DNA of 64,000 nucleotides from Calcarisporiella thermophila CBS 279.70 (taxonomy: Eukaryota > Fungi > Calcarisporiellomycota). The translations under genes and the position numbers were made by a program. Where the stretch lies: contig NW_027192208.1 in the NCBI RefSeq assembly GCF_041956535.1, positions 568,492 to 632,491 of the forward strand, given 5' to 3'. Below are positions 51,598 to 64,000 of the stretch, one piece after another. The notes below the pieces were generated by a model. It had not been told where the DNA came from. It saw only the letters and a list, made by a program, of their open reading frames with translations, and searched no databases. Each line of letters opens with the position of its first letter. Position 1 is the first letter of the stretch.

Positions 51598-51630
51598 TGA
51601 CGTGAAGTTCAGTGACGTTTAGTGACGTTT
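51598..51630. promoter_or_regulatory. Three TGACGT (CRE/ATF-like) sites in the bidirectional STE20/TFA1 promoter
   Basis: TGACGT at 51598, 51613 and 51623 (AGTGACGTTT twice in tandem). Confidence 0.55.
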
Positions 51631-51700
51631 CAGATTTCTATACCTAGGCCAGAATAACGCACCGATCCACTATTTCCTTTGAACAGATCTTCTCCTTACA

Positions 51701-53746
51701 ATGTCAAACTCCAAGTTGAAAGGTGAAGATTTGCAAATTCTCAGAACGCTCGTTGCCCGCGTGGGGCGAGCGTTCTACGAACCACGCCAGATCGCGGTTC
51801 TTGATGCGTTGAATAAATCGAAACCGTATGTATATTTCCCACGCGGAAGAAATTTCTCTTCTGTCAAATACTCTGAATAAAATCCAAATATGCATATTCA
51901 ACACTAGGCTGAAGGATGATGATCTTGCTCTGCTGGTGAAGATGTCTCCGAAAGAGATCCACAAGATCTGTGGAAAGTTACGCGAGGAGAGATTGTTAAG
52001 ATCGTATGTCACTAAAATACGCTTACAATGAGAATTTCGACCTGTTAATACAAACAAATGTTTTGCATGATAGTGAGCAACGTAATGAACCCCGTAAACC
52101 AGATCAGCGCCTTATTCCACGCGTTTATTACTTTATTGACTACAAACAGTTTGTTGATGTGGTTAAATGGAGGATGTTTAAAATGCAGCGGACTGTGCGA
52201 GAAGAGATGCAAGAGGTTAGTGCTAAAGCAAATATTGCTAAGGATTAAAAGACTTCTTTCGGCCTATTCTTTTGTAAAATGGAGTGAGTAATCTTCTACT
52301 CTATTTTCCGCTGTGCAAAAGGCGGCAGATACAAAAGGATATATATGCCCTAACGATGATTGCAAGCGCGAGTACACTTTATTAGAAGCCACTTACAATA
52401 TCGATCCACAGACAGGCCTCTTTCTTTGCGAAGTATGTAGCTCTGAGCTTGTCAAGAATGACAACTCCCAGAAATTAAAAGAATGTGAAGCGAAAGTGGC
52501 ACGGTATATAACAATATTGCGGAGGATCCCGAAAGGAGATTTAACACATACTCGTTCTCTAGGCTTGTAGAACAATCTCAACTTATCATTTCGTTGTTGA
52601 AGAAGACAGACTCTATCGTGATACCTGCGTATGTATCAATGTATTTTATCAATAATGCAATGGCTGATATTTATATGTTGACCATGCAGGAGCTACTCAA
52701 CTGCCGCAGGTATTGTTCCGGGCACTACGAAGAAAGGTGCTACCGCCGCAGGTAAAGTCATGCACAGCTACTGTTTTTTTAGATAGGAATTATTCATATT
52801 ATTTTATCCAACTAGACAAAGAGCTTGCCCTTGCCCAAGACACTGGTGCTGCTCAAGCCGATATTGTTGTTGTCATTAAAGAAGATAATGAGGCTGCGAA
52901 GCGCGCAAGACAGGCAGAAGCTGAAAAGAAAAGAGAGCAAAACGCCCTCCCAATATGGTACCAGGCGAGCACAATTGGCCCTGCTAGCGGAGAAGTAACT
53001 GCGACGGCGACAGACAATTCTAGCGTGGTTGATGCAGAGGAAGAAAAGTGGGAGGAAACGGGCGATTCGGGAGATATGGATGAAGAGGATACGGAAGAGT
53101 GTGCGTATTATATCTTTGTGGCACGGTTTGGGTTACTTGCTTTTAACCTATTTTTTGCGAATGCATTTAGTTTACCGAAAATATTATGCAAATCTTATGC
53201 AAGGTGAGGGAACAGCTGATTATTCAGTCAATGATTTGGAGGAGGAGAGCGAAAGGGACAAGACCTCGGATTTGGAGGTTACTATCGGCGTTAAGCGGCC
53301 TCGTGAAGACGAAACTGAAGATGAATATCCGAGCCAGAGATATGCAAACGGTGCAACAGAAAGAGAGGTAGAGACTTAAAACAGTTCACGTTGTACATTG
53401 GATTGCTAACGATTTATGTTACTAACCTGCGATTAGCAGAGTGACGAAGAGATCAACGATGAGGAATATGAGGAGGATACTGGAGTCGATGAATCTCGCG
53501 AAATCCCAACCGTTATGGGTAAACCGATACTATCCCGCTCATATGCAAGATCTATAAATAACTTTTGTGGATATGTAGTTTCTGGAGAGCCGGTATTAAT
53601 CACAGAGATCACGGAAGAGCATAAGGATAAGATGACCCCTGAAGAATATATGGTAGGGCACAATCTATATTGGAATTGAAATAGAGTGGTGTACTTATTC
53701 TCTTTAATAGGCCTACTATCAAGTGTGGCAGAGCTGGGAGCAATAG
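51701..53746 (+). CDS. TFA1: Transcription initiation factor TFIIE alpha subunit; many exons
   Basis: LVARVGRAFYE..IAVLDAL; winged helix LKDDDLALLVKM..EIHKICGKL; YYFIDYKQFVDVVKWRM; Zn ribbon YICPNDDCKREYT..FLCEVCSSEL; QNALPIWY; MTPEEY. Confidence 0.93.
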
Positions 53747-53986
53747 AATATATGTAGACACTGGGGCTTTACCTAAATCCATGTTTGTTAATAAGCAACA
53801 ATGTGAGAGGGAGTAATCATGTTCAATTGTATGATAGAAAATTTAACCAAAGAAAATAAACTTTAACGATCATCAAATCAACTTGAAACATATTTGCTGC
53901 GCCACATGTTTACAAAAAGGGACTCGAGGCTCTATAGAATTCTGCTGGAGGTTTTTAACCCTAAAAAATCTTACAATATTTTAACA

Positions 53987-55781
53987 ATGGAGAGAGAGCA
54001 AGTTGTTGTTGGAATTAATTTCGGATCGTCATACTCCTCCATCGCTTACTTAAATCAGGTGGGTCTACATTGATAGCATACTATAATGGCAATGTATATT
54101 CTAACGGTTCACTCTAGAACGGCCGCCCTGATTGTTTGGCAAATGAAGATGGTGATAGGCAAATTCCATCGGTTATTGCCTTTGCGGGTGAGGAAGAGGT
54201 AAACTAAGCCTTTCGATTAATGACATATTTACGCTAGGAAAAAGTGTCTGACTTTTTGTATATTAGTTCATTGGAGGCCAGGCGCTAGCACAGATTTTTA
54301 GGAACCCTCAAAATACGGTGGCTATGTTCCACGATTTATTAGGAAAAAGGTAGCTAAAATGCCAAAAATAATGACCCATTATGACATGAACTTATTATGT
54401 AAATGGTGTTGATAGCTTCTCCGAGATAGATGCCTCAAGTGATATCTACTCCGCTTCTCTTAAAAACAAAGATGGTAAACCTGCATTCGAAGTTGAGATT
54501 TCTGGCAGCACCCAGGTCTTCACTGCAGGAGAGCTCGCCACAAAATTCTTGCAACGCTTGCGGGAGTCTGCAGAGGCGTATCTCGGGAACCCAGTTTCTG
54601 GCGCTGTTCTTGCCGTTCCTGCTGAATTTACAGATGCTCAGCGTGTAGAGCTAACACATGCAGCTGAGAATGCAGGACTCAAGGTGTTGCATGTGTTGCA
54701 TGATACTACAGCTGCCATGCTGGCCTATGGTTTGTCTGGTAAAGTAGAGGATAAGACGGTGGTGGTCGCAGATTTGGGCGCCCACAGCTTTAATGTCTCT
54801 GTTGTGGCTTCTCGTGGTGGACTCTTTACTATCCTGGGAACGGCACACGAAGCAGGTTTGGGTGGTGCGGCCTTGGATGAGCTGCTTGTGAACCATTTCG
54901 CTGCTGAGTTCAAAAAGAAGACCAAGATCGACATCTCAGGCAATCGCAAAGCCTTGGCGAAGCTACGCGCGGCCGCTGAAATTACAAAACGCACGCTCAG
55001 CTCGAGCGCTTCTGCACCTTGCTCCGTCGAATCGCTGGCGGAGGGAATTGATTTTCACAGCACCATCAACCGAATCCGCTTTGAGATGATGGCAAACCGC
55101 GTCTTAGGGAAATGCACCACCGTCATTGATCAAGTGCTTGAGAAGGTCGAATTAAAGCCTGCCCAAATCGACGAAGTGATTCTGGTGGGTGGCTCTGCTC
55201 GTGTTCCTAAATTCCAGGCGAAGCTACGAGACATGTTTGGTTTGGAAGAGGGTAAATTGCGAATGGAAGTGGAACCCGATGAAGCCGTGGCGGCTGGTTG
55301 CGCTGTACAGGCGACCCTCTTGATGGACATGGATAAGGAGGCTATTGAGCAAATCACTCAGCCCAGTATGACAAAGGCACCCCATCTCACCAAGCCTATT
55401 GGTGTGGTCGACGTGGAGGGCAAATTCCACGTAATACTGAAGGCGGATACTCCTCTGCCTGTGAGACGAAGAGAGGAAATGAAGGTTGGAGCAGAAAAGA
55501 GCGTCTATGTAGCGTTGTGGGAAGGTCAGCATATGGCAGTTGTGAAGGAAATAAAGAAAGAAAAAGGAGAGGAAGAGGAGGAGGAGGAGGAGGAGGAGAA
55601 ACGCGAAATTATTGTTGACAAGGCCGAAACACTTCTAGCAGAATTAGCACTGGAGCAGGTGCAGAGCGAAACCGTCGAGTTGACATTACAGGTTGATGCC
55701 GATGGAAAGCTGACCATCATATTACGTGAAAAACGGCCCGAAGGCAAGGTTGTCAAATGCGAGACTGACGGCAGTGCGTAG
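53987..55781 (+). CDS. SSZ1: Atypical Hsp70 of the ribosome-associated complex (Ssz1/HSPA14); 5' introns
   Basis: VVGINFGSSYSSIA; LANEDGDRQIPS; ADLGAHS; SVESLAEGIDFHSTINR; ILVGGSARVPK; short C-terminal substrate-binding region without a lid. Confidence 0.9.
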
Positions 55782-56052
55782 ATGAAATTTGGCATTCGTT
55801 CCATAAATATTCTCTCCAAAATGGCTTCATTCTTATATTGCTTTCTTCCTGTATCACAGTTTCGTTCTTTTTTATTTTTCCTATTTCAACCCAATATAGA
55901 CTGATATCATTATTAGACATAGATATGTTTTGTTTATTTACGGAAGTATACTCGGGAGATAGCGTGATAAAAGGAAAAGGAGAAGTAATTTACATAGCAT
56001 TTTCCGCACATTAATTTAGGAATTTTCTATCTGGAATTCAAGCAACAGTAGC

Positions 56053-56476
56053 TTATTGTTTCTCCTCCCAATGTGCAATCCATTTTTCTAGATCGAATCG
56101 CGGATCCTCTGGATCGCTCACTACTCCATCAGCTCCCTTCTCCGCAGCCTTGAGTCGTGACCACTCTGCTCGCCCACGTTCAATTAGAGCTTGTTTGTGT
56201 GCCCATTCCGAATCAATACGATTCTTTTCTTCAGCACGGACAAGAGAGGAGTGGTGGTAAGCACCATATAACACACCTAAGCCGAGGGCAGACCAACGGG
56301 ATACCTAGAATTCATAAGGGGGAATCAATCCAAATTATTAGAACATGTATGGAATAGTAGAAAATATTAAAGAGTAAGCATGGGCGAATCACTTCCATCA
56401 AATATATAATAGTTATAATAATATAAAATTATACAATATATATATCTTAACTCACGTTGACAAGTGGAGCGGTCAT
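56053..56476 (-). CDS. TIM11: Mitochondrial ATP synthase subunit e
   Basis: MTAPLVN|VSRWSALGLGVLYGAYHHSSL...VVSDPEDPRFDLEKWI. Confidence 0.88.
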
Positions 56477-56685
56477 CTTTTCGGGATTGTATATCAAATT
56501 TTCGATCTTTAGTAACTATATACGTTCTCGTCAACAATCATGCGGCGTAGCAGGAATTTGAGGCGCAGATATCGTGCTTTTTAGGAGCCATGTGAATTTC
56601 ATATGCAAAGCTTAAAAATTCGGCCTTCGCGTCCCTTCAACCAGTATACGTTTTTGATAAAATAGATACAATTATATAAGGGCCG

Positions 56686-57981
56686 ATGCTCGCAAGATTC
56701 AGAACACAAGGATATAACGGATATTCGGTAATTATTTTGCATGTGATTTGGGCTTTACTGAACAAGTCTTTGCCCTTGTTACCTGCCCTAAAATGATTAA
56801 TGACTTTCGTTTCAATCTACAAGTATGGTCATATTTACTCCCTCTTCTCGTCTTTTATTCTAGGTCCAGTTCAGCCCTTTCTTTGAAAATAAGCTCGCAT
56901 GTGCTTCATCGGCAAATTATGGACTAGTAGGCAATGGTAGATTATATGTGTTGAGGACGGGAGTTGGACCTGAGGGCATCGATGCTGAAAGAATGTAAAG
57001 AATCTAAGCTTGTTGCGCTTAACTGCAAATGCCAACAAGTGTTTCATTTTTATTAAATAGTTTCGACACACAAGATGGGCTTTTTGATGTATGCTGGAGC
57101 GAGGTGAATGAGAATCATTTGATTAGTGCAAGCGGAGATGGATCAATAAAACTTTGGGATACTAATTTAGCTGTAATATAACTTTTATTCTCTACTTGTT
57201 CTCCTGCTTGCAGTAGAATGTCTAATGCTTATCTATTTTGCCCCAGGATCTACCAATTCGAAACTGGCATGAGCATGCAAGAGAGGTTTTCTCATTGAAT
57301 TGGAATTTAATTAAGAAAGATGCGTTTGTATCAGGATCCTGGGATCAGACAATTAAGCTGGTAAATATTCGAATCCATAATATTTCAATTCTATTAGACG
57401 CATCCAGTCATTATTAATACTTTTCTTCTTCATGCCAGTGGAATCCAGAAGCTCCGAAATCTATATCTACATGGAAAGAACATACGCATTGTGTCTACGG
57501 GGTATCATGGTCTCCTCATCACCCGGGACTTTTTGCTTCTGCCTCGGGTGACCACACCATTAAACTCTGGGATGTGGCCTCCCCTCGTTCTGCTCAAACT
57601 CTCCGTACGCACCACAATGAAGTGCTATGTCTAGATTGGAATAAATACCAAGAGCACACGATTGTGACGGGAAGCGTCGACCGCACCGTGCGTATTTGGG
57701 ACTTAAGACGACCCTCTCATGAATTGGCAACATTAGTAGGACATGAATATGCCGTTAGGAGGGTGAAATGTTCACCACACAGGGGAAATATTATTGCTTC
57801 AAGTGCATATGATATGACGATGCGTGTATGGGAAACGAATGGGCGGCAAATACACGTGCACGACGCGCACTCGGAGTTTGTTCTAGGGGTGGATTTCAAT
57901 TTGTATCTAGAGGGAGTTGTGGCGACATGTGCGTGGGATGAATGGGTGCATGTTTTTGGGCTAGCACCACCGGCACCGTGA
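56686..57981 (+). CDS. PEX7: Peroxisomal PTS2 receptor Pex7 (WD40); multi-exon
   Basis: [10 protein letters not shown]; [11 protein letters not shown]; [11 protein letters not shown]; [19 protein letters not shown]; [10 protein letters not shown]; [14 protein letters not shown]; [10 protein letters not shown]. Confidence 0.95.
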
Positions 57982-58557
57982 ATATAGTTCCTCTTATTTT
58001 GCTCGTCTGTTCTATAATAAATAAACATTTTTCAAATAAATTAATATCCATATTCTATTAATTTTTGATTTATCTTCCAAAGAACTCGATGATGCTCTTC
58101 GATTGCTCAAATTGCTCTGTGTGGGTGTGGTTTGTTCCTACTGCAAACCTTAGATGGTGTATATTAAATGGATCCAAAGTCACATTGTTTCAGAGTAGTA
58201 TACATCCAAATTCTTTACTGAATTATTGAATGATTGAAATAGAGTAAATCAGTTCGAAAATTGGTATTGTGGTGCAGCGCACATAAAGAAAAGCTAAGAG
58301 ATGCATCGCAGTTGTATAAGCCTTTGCGTATTCTTGGGGCTTTGTCGAGAAAAGATGGGGATGCAAGGCGTTTCGAGAATTGTGGGGGGAAAAAAATCAG
58401 ATCATGCTAGCTAAAACAACTTTTCCCTTTTTACCATTATTATATAAAACTGTACAAGCGAAAAAAAGGAAACGAGAGAGAGGGAAAATTGAGTCTTGAT
58501 GAGAGTATTGATTCGAGCCCAAATCTTTAAAAAGCCTCAGTATATAAAAGCTAGTGT

Positions 58558-59626
58558 TCATTTCTTGGTATCCGTTACCTCCACCAGCGAAAACCGGCAA
58601 ACTGGGCAAGTTCCATTCCGCTGCAACCACTGTCGTATACACTCGCTATGGTATATATGTTTGCATGGCATCTCCAGCCCCTCTTCTCCAATTCCATAGT
58701 GTTCCTGGCATATTGAGCAGTCAAGTGACTTTGCGACATGATCTCTTGAGATCTGCACCAACGGAAGAGCTCTAATAGCTTCCTCAGAGGCGGGGGGCGG
58801 CTGGTTTTGTCTAATCAAGGATCGACTTTAGTTTTGTCGACGACTTTAAGAAGGCTGTATTAAATAAACTTACGCTGCTGTCTGTTCCATTAAGTCACTG
58901 ATCACAGAGTCCAGCTCTCTTTGAGACCACACGTAATTGCCTGCGTTAGCTACAACGTTGAACATATTGAAGAGTGAATGTCCCTCCCATCCATAGATAT
59001 CCGGCGCTTCTCCTCCAGGTTCTGAAGAGAGAAACCATCGAAGTAAACTAGCGATGGGTGAACGGCCCTCAGTTCTTAAACTCGATTCGCTAGAGTCCTC
59101 ATCACCCTCTTCAGACTCTCGTGCCATCGAATCTGTGAATCTCTCATCGTTGATCGAACTTTCCCTTCCAAACATTGCTTGGAGCATTGCTCCCATCATC
59201 TCTGCTCTCCGTCGTTCTATGCTTGTTGATTCATCATTGTGTTCCTCATTCTCTTCTTCGCCCTCGTCCTCTTCGTCTGGATAGTCAGCGAAACGTTCCT
59301 CGTCGTCTTCCTCTCCGTCTTCATTCATTCCAGCCCATTCCCCCTCGTATTCTGACTCGCCCCCGTCGTATTCGCCACCTTCTTCTTCATGATCTGTGTT
59401 CATATCAATGTATGATGGAGCGTCAGCTGGCCCTAGCTATAATCACAATAGAGTTAATGCGTGCAACTACAAAAATGGGCAGTGGGCTCATGATAAATGA
59501 TCATATGGATATTACCTCTTCAATGAATTCAGAATGACAAATACGACACTGTGTTCTGGGGGTAGAGACAAAATCCTCCTGACATGCGTGGCAATAATAG
59601 AGTAAAAAGCGGGAAGTATCTGACAT
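58558..59626 (-). CDS. RING-H2 E3 ubiquitin ligase with N-terminal zinc ribbon (RNF126/RNF115-like); multi-exon
   Basis: YYCHACQ...CRICHSEFIEE; GNYVWSQRELDSVISDLME; PPPASEEAIRALP; CSICQEHY..MPCKHIYHSECIRQWLQRNGTCPVCRFSL. Confidence 0.9.
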
Positions 59627-59936
59627 GATAGACGTAAATTACTATGAAATTATTATAAAATTGGTGTACTGTTGATTTAACTCTAATTATTCAATGTTAT
59701 GCTTAAAAGAAGAGTAGAAAGAGACAAAAGGAGAAAACGTTAAAGTAAAAATAAAAAAAAATTAAAACAAAGAAAGGAAATGTGTATGACTTATTCGTTA
59801 TTGAAAAGAAAATGGTACACGGAACGTTATCATGCAAAATATTGCTGCGCCGTACCTGAGACTTGGCCACCAGGTTATAAATTCAACTTTCTTTTTCCGC
59901 GGTTCAGTACAGAATAAGTGTGTATCTTTGACAACC

Positions 59937-60604
59937 ATGAGACGCGATGATGATTTGCCAGGTTTAGCCGATGTAGAAATTCCCCTCTCCCGTGCAGAGT
60001 TAGATGTTAGTACTGGCTTCCAGACTTCAAATTCATGCTGCAGTGTGATTTTTATTCTGATTAAGCATTTTTCTAACTTGGATAGGTATTAAGGAAGCAA
60101 TATTTACGTGAGGGTGAGCTTGCTTCCTCACAGACGAAGTTCAACTATGCCTGGGGCTTAATCAAGAGTAGGCGCACAGATGAACAGCGTGATGGCGTGA
60201 GATTATTTACAGGTAAGATCAATTTTTATTTATAGATATTAAGAATATTTTTGTTAAATCTTCAACCAGAAATATATAAAGAATTACCTGAGCGTCGGCG
60301 AGAATGCCTATACTATCTTGCGCTTGCAAATATGAAACTCGGTGATTACCTTACTGCCAAAAAGTTTGCAGAAAAACTTTTAGAACATGAACCCAATAAT
60401 ACACAGGCTCAGAAATTACGTTTGATAATCGAAGAAAAATGCTCAAGGGGTAAAATTTATATAAAGAGTACTCTCCATTAACATATACATTATAATGTTA
60501 ACTGGCTCTTTAATAATATAGATGGATATATTGGCATGGCAATAGTGGGAGGACTGGTAGCCGCAGCTGGCATAGCAGTTGCAGCATTTATGAAGAAGAA
60601 GTAG
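59937..60604 (+). CDS. FIS1: Mitochondrial/peroxisomal fission protein Fis1; multi-exon
   Basis: LP..AD.EIPLSRAELD|VLRKQY; QTKFNYAWGLIKS; RRRECLYYLALANMKLGDY; EPNNTQAQKL; tail anchor GYIGMAIVGGLVAAAGIAVAAFMKKK*. Confidence 0.96.
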
Positions 60605-61011
60605 TAGTACTGATATGATATAATATCACTACTTTTTTAGAGTTATTTATTTGAGAATTCTAAATATATATTTCACAAGGTAACTGTAATATGACGAGCA
60701 ATCTGCAATTGAATTTATTTTTTTTAAAAAATAACACAGCACTTCTCCTAACACCTGTCGATGATGTTTTTGGAGATAGCTCTCAATATCATCTTGGTAA
60801 AATACATGGAGAGAAGGAGGAAATCACAAGTCTCCTATGTGAATTTTGACAGATGTCTACAACTTATCATAAGAAACTAACATACCCTAAAGTGCAAAAG
60901 ATTAATTGTGACTGCATATTTAAAAAGTCACTTGATAAACAATGTTGAAAGCTAATGAAATAATTCGGCCACCTTAAGAGCCCAAGTAACACTAATATAA
61001 TCATTCGAACC

Positions 61012-63893
61012 ATGAAGGGTACCCGCACGCTTAAGCAGGCTCATGCAATCCCTTCCCGTCAATGGTGGTATATATGTCGCCGCTGCCTAACTACCAACTC
61101 TATACCTCCTCATCCCATTAGCGAAAATATACCGTCAAATTCTGGGGATGAGAAACTGGGTGTCGATCCATTTGCTCACTCAGATCCTTTCAAATCGGGA
61201 AAAGAAGGAGAAAAGAGGAAGGAAAGTGTTGGAGAGTTTGGATCCATGACAAATAGTACCAGCATTGCTAGGGCAAGAGATATCAAATACAAAAGTATTC
61301 CCTAATTTTTTACACTTCAATTGTCATAAAATTGAGCTTTTGAGCTAAGACGCATTTCTTTGGATTTATATAATAATTATTGAATTCAGGTATAGATCCA
61401 CCGTTTTTTGTACCGATTCCTAGGCTTGCTCATGGCCTTGACCGCGTGCTCTTCAAGTAATTTATGCATCCTTTTCTCCCTAAGCTTGCCATTATGTTCA
61501 TGTTGGGCTTTATAATCTATATAGTCCAGGAGTCAACTATCTTCAGGACCCTCGAACAAAAATCTACAATTTTGATCCTTATCTCCGTTACATTCTTCCC
61601 CCTTCTGAATTCGATTATGACGCGTTAGCACCCTATATCACATCTTCCAAGGATAAAGTACATAATCTTGCTTTGACTGTATCTTTTTGGATATCAAATT
61701 TACTAGCTGGATTATTGACTTTACATATCTATTTCCATTTAAGATACTCGAAAACTTGGCTCGTGAACACCAGAAGCGCTATATTGGTTCTACATCATCA
61801 ATGACCCATGTACTTTCTCATTTTTATTACCTTATTTCATCCTGGCGCCCTATTGATACTTCATGCCTTTCTATGGCATTTGCGGACCAAGTATATATTC
61901 GAATCTATCGACTTTAGTGGTATCCCAGCTAATAATTATTTTTATAGCCTAATGGTTTTACAGGTGCAATGAAAGCCCCAGCAACCATTTATCTCCGCAA
62001 TCGTCAAGGAGTTTATGCTATTGATGCAGACAAAAGCGTTGATATCCCAGACGGCATTCTCTCTGTTCTTGGTAAATCTATGGAGAAAATGCTTACACTC
62101 TCTCCCGAAGAATTCGATAAGTACAGGAAAGGTAACACATGGCGCCTTCGTGAAGATGAAAAGAGCAAGCCTGAAGCCTACCATTACGCTACTGTAGGTT
62201 TACACGGAATATTTTGGATGACTTGAATAATTAACTTGTGGGTATTTAGGTGGAAAATTTCCTTTTAAGATCGCAACTGGATTGTATGGATGACAGGCTA
62301 CCGAACAAGGTGTTTGATTTAAAAACGAGGGCAGCAATTTCGATTAGGTTGGATCAGCTTAATTATATGGTGAGACTGGACATGGGACGTGAAATTACAT
62401 AGATATCGACTTACATGATCCATGAATGTTAGAACAATATCGGATATCAAATCAATCGCTCTCATGGATTATTTGAATCTTTTGAGCGTGAATACTATGA
62501 TATGATGCGGTCAGCAATGCTAAAATATAGGTATGCAGATATTTACCTTTTGTATATATCTTTCGTCTAACAAAGACTTTCATTTTCACATTCAGCCTCC
62601 AAGTAAGAATCGGATCCATGGATGGTATTTTCGTTGCGTACCATAATACTGCCAAGATTTTTGGCTTCCAATATATTTCCCTTGATGAAATGGATGCGCG
62701 ACTCTTTGGTAATTCAGTCCTTGGAGAGGAAAGTTTTTTGATTTCTTTGAAATTACTACGGCACGTGCTGGACACGGTTACTGAAAGGTTCCCCGGAAAG
62801 GTAGGAAATAAGAAATGATATGATATATCAAATGGCAATGCTTCATTCGATATATATTCAATAGACTCTTCGTCTGGGATTTGAAACTTCCAAGCGTTCT
62901 CAGAATCTTAATATATTTGCCGAGGTTGTCCCCGATGAGGAAGGAACTAACACGCAACAATTGACTACGGATTTCTTCTCCACCTCTCCCTTGGTTCTCG
63001 ACGAACACGCACCGCTGGCCAAATTTCAATTACGCTGCCACTCCAAGGTTAATGGACGACACATAACCACTGCGCTTGGCGATCTCAACCCTCTCGGAAG
63101 TGATTTATGGGAAGTTCATTATGAGTTGCAAGAAATTAAAGCGCCCCTTGATAATTTGCGGAGAGGGTATGCAGCAATGAGAACTCGACAAATGAATATG
63201 TACATGCTGCAAGGAGCAGGGGAAGGCCGCGAGTTTCCATTATTGAAAACTGTGAGAAGGTTAAGCCGTGAAGGAGCTTTAGGGGCAGCTGAAGAAGATG
63301 AGGAATTTGGGGAAGGTGAAGTTGAAGTATATGGGCAAAATATCAGCGCAGGTTTAGACTTATCACGACCAAGGGTAATGGTGCAGAGGCCCTCACCTTC
63401 TGATACAGATACTGTAGTAGACGTGGCCGATAACGAAGGGAAATACTCCAGTAAAAAACGAGAACGAGTTTCAGAACTTATGGGATCCTTAAGATTGCCC
63501 ATCTGGCCTTGCCCAACAGCATACGAGCTGCGAACCATGAACCGTAAAACATTGATACGCAATCTCAAGAAAATATCACAGCCTGCAACAGGGACGACTG
63601 AGGAACTTCGTACTCGTCTCGATCGCTTCACATGTTTCCCCCGTGCTGAGCACATACTACAAAGATGGGAGCAGTTTCTTCTACCCATTTTGCCCAAGCG
63701 TTCCGATGGAACCGGAGGAGCGAAAATTCCAGATTTAGATGCATTGACTAAAGTAGAACTTAGAGAAGTCTGCAAGCACCTGGGGGTGTTATATACAAGT
63801 AGAGAGAACAAGGCCATACTTGCGGAACGTGTAGTAGAGACGGTTCGAAATGCTAGAGAGGTAGTGGAAGAGGCAGAAGGCCTGAAAGGATGA
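61012..63893 (+). CDS. PET127: Mitochondrial RNA 5'-processing nuclease Pet127 with an extended C-terminus; many exons
   Basis: Mitochondrial-targeting-like N-terminus; LAHGLDRVLF; PGVNYLQDPRTKIYNFDPYL; YIGSTSSMTHVLSHFYYLIS; FLLRSQLDC; FDLKTRA; QVRIGSMDGIFVAYHNT..IFGFQYISLDEMD. Confidence 0.93.
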
Positions 63894-64000
63894 AAATTTT
63901 TTGCTGATACCCCAAAATGGAGATTAAGATTTAAGTGACGGGCAGGGTTTAGAGTTGATATATAATTTATTAAATTGTTCTTACTATGCAATAAATTCAA

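Noticed and set aside
63119-64000. 293-aa minus-strand ORF, and similar long antisense ORFs over MET30, CCT5, SEC7 and STE20
   Set aside because: Antisense shadows of real coding exons, with no independent motifs.

Overview
Eukaryotic, intron-rich fungal DNA. Gene content and style suggest an early-diverging (Mucoromycota/Zoopagomycota-like) fungus; this is an inference. About 31 protein-coding genes are packed into the window. Most are housekeeping: GDB1, SEC7, DPH5, FES1, DIB1, a HIT zinc finger, an Sfp1-like C2H2 factor, PEX3, Yippee/MOH1, MET30/SconB, CCT5, an M13 metallopeptidase, MTAP/MEU1, TTC36-like, ESS1/PIN1, a STE20-type PAK, TFA1, SSZ1, ATP synthase subunit e, PEX7, a RING-H2 E3, FIS1 and PET127. 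Accessory content includes an AT-rich island (~12.3-16.9 kb) with twin hairpins, a 106-bp tandem repeat, a MULE/FAR1 transposase relic and a P-loop NTPase + PD-(D/E)xK nuclease gene. There is also a Cys-rich single-pass membrane protein and two tandem DUF4436-like membrane genes. The most striking unexplained signal is a pair of small ORFs on opposite strands (19886-20104 minus; 29335-29613 plus). Both are built from a repeated P[YF]Px[AP]PxRPNTP motif that is conserved at protein level despite synonymous divergence, and both end in ...AVAA-stop. They are a candidate undescribed micropeptide/peptide-precursor family. Exon boundaries were read by eye and are approximate; no database searches were run.
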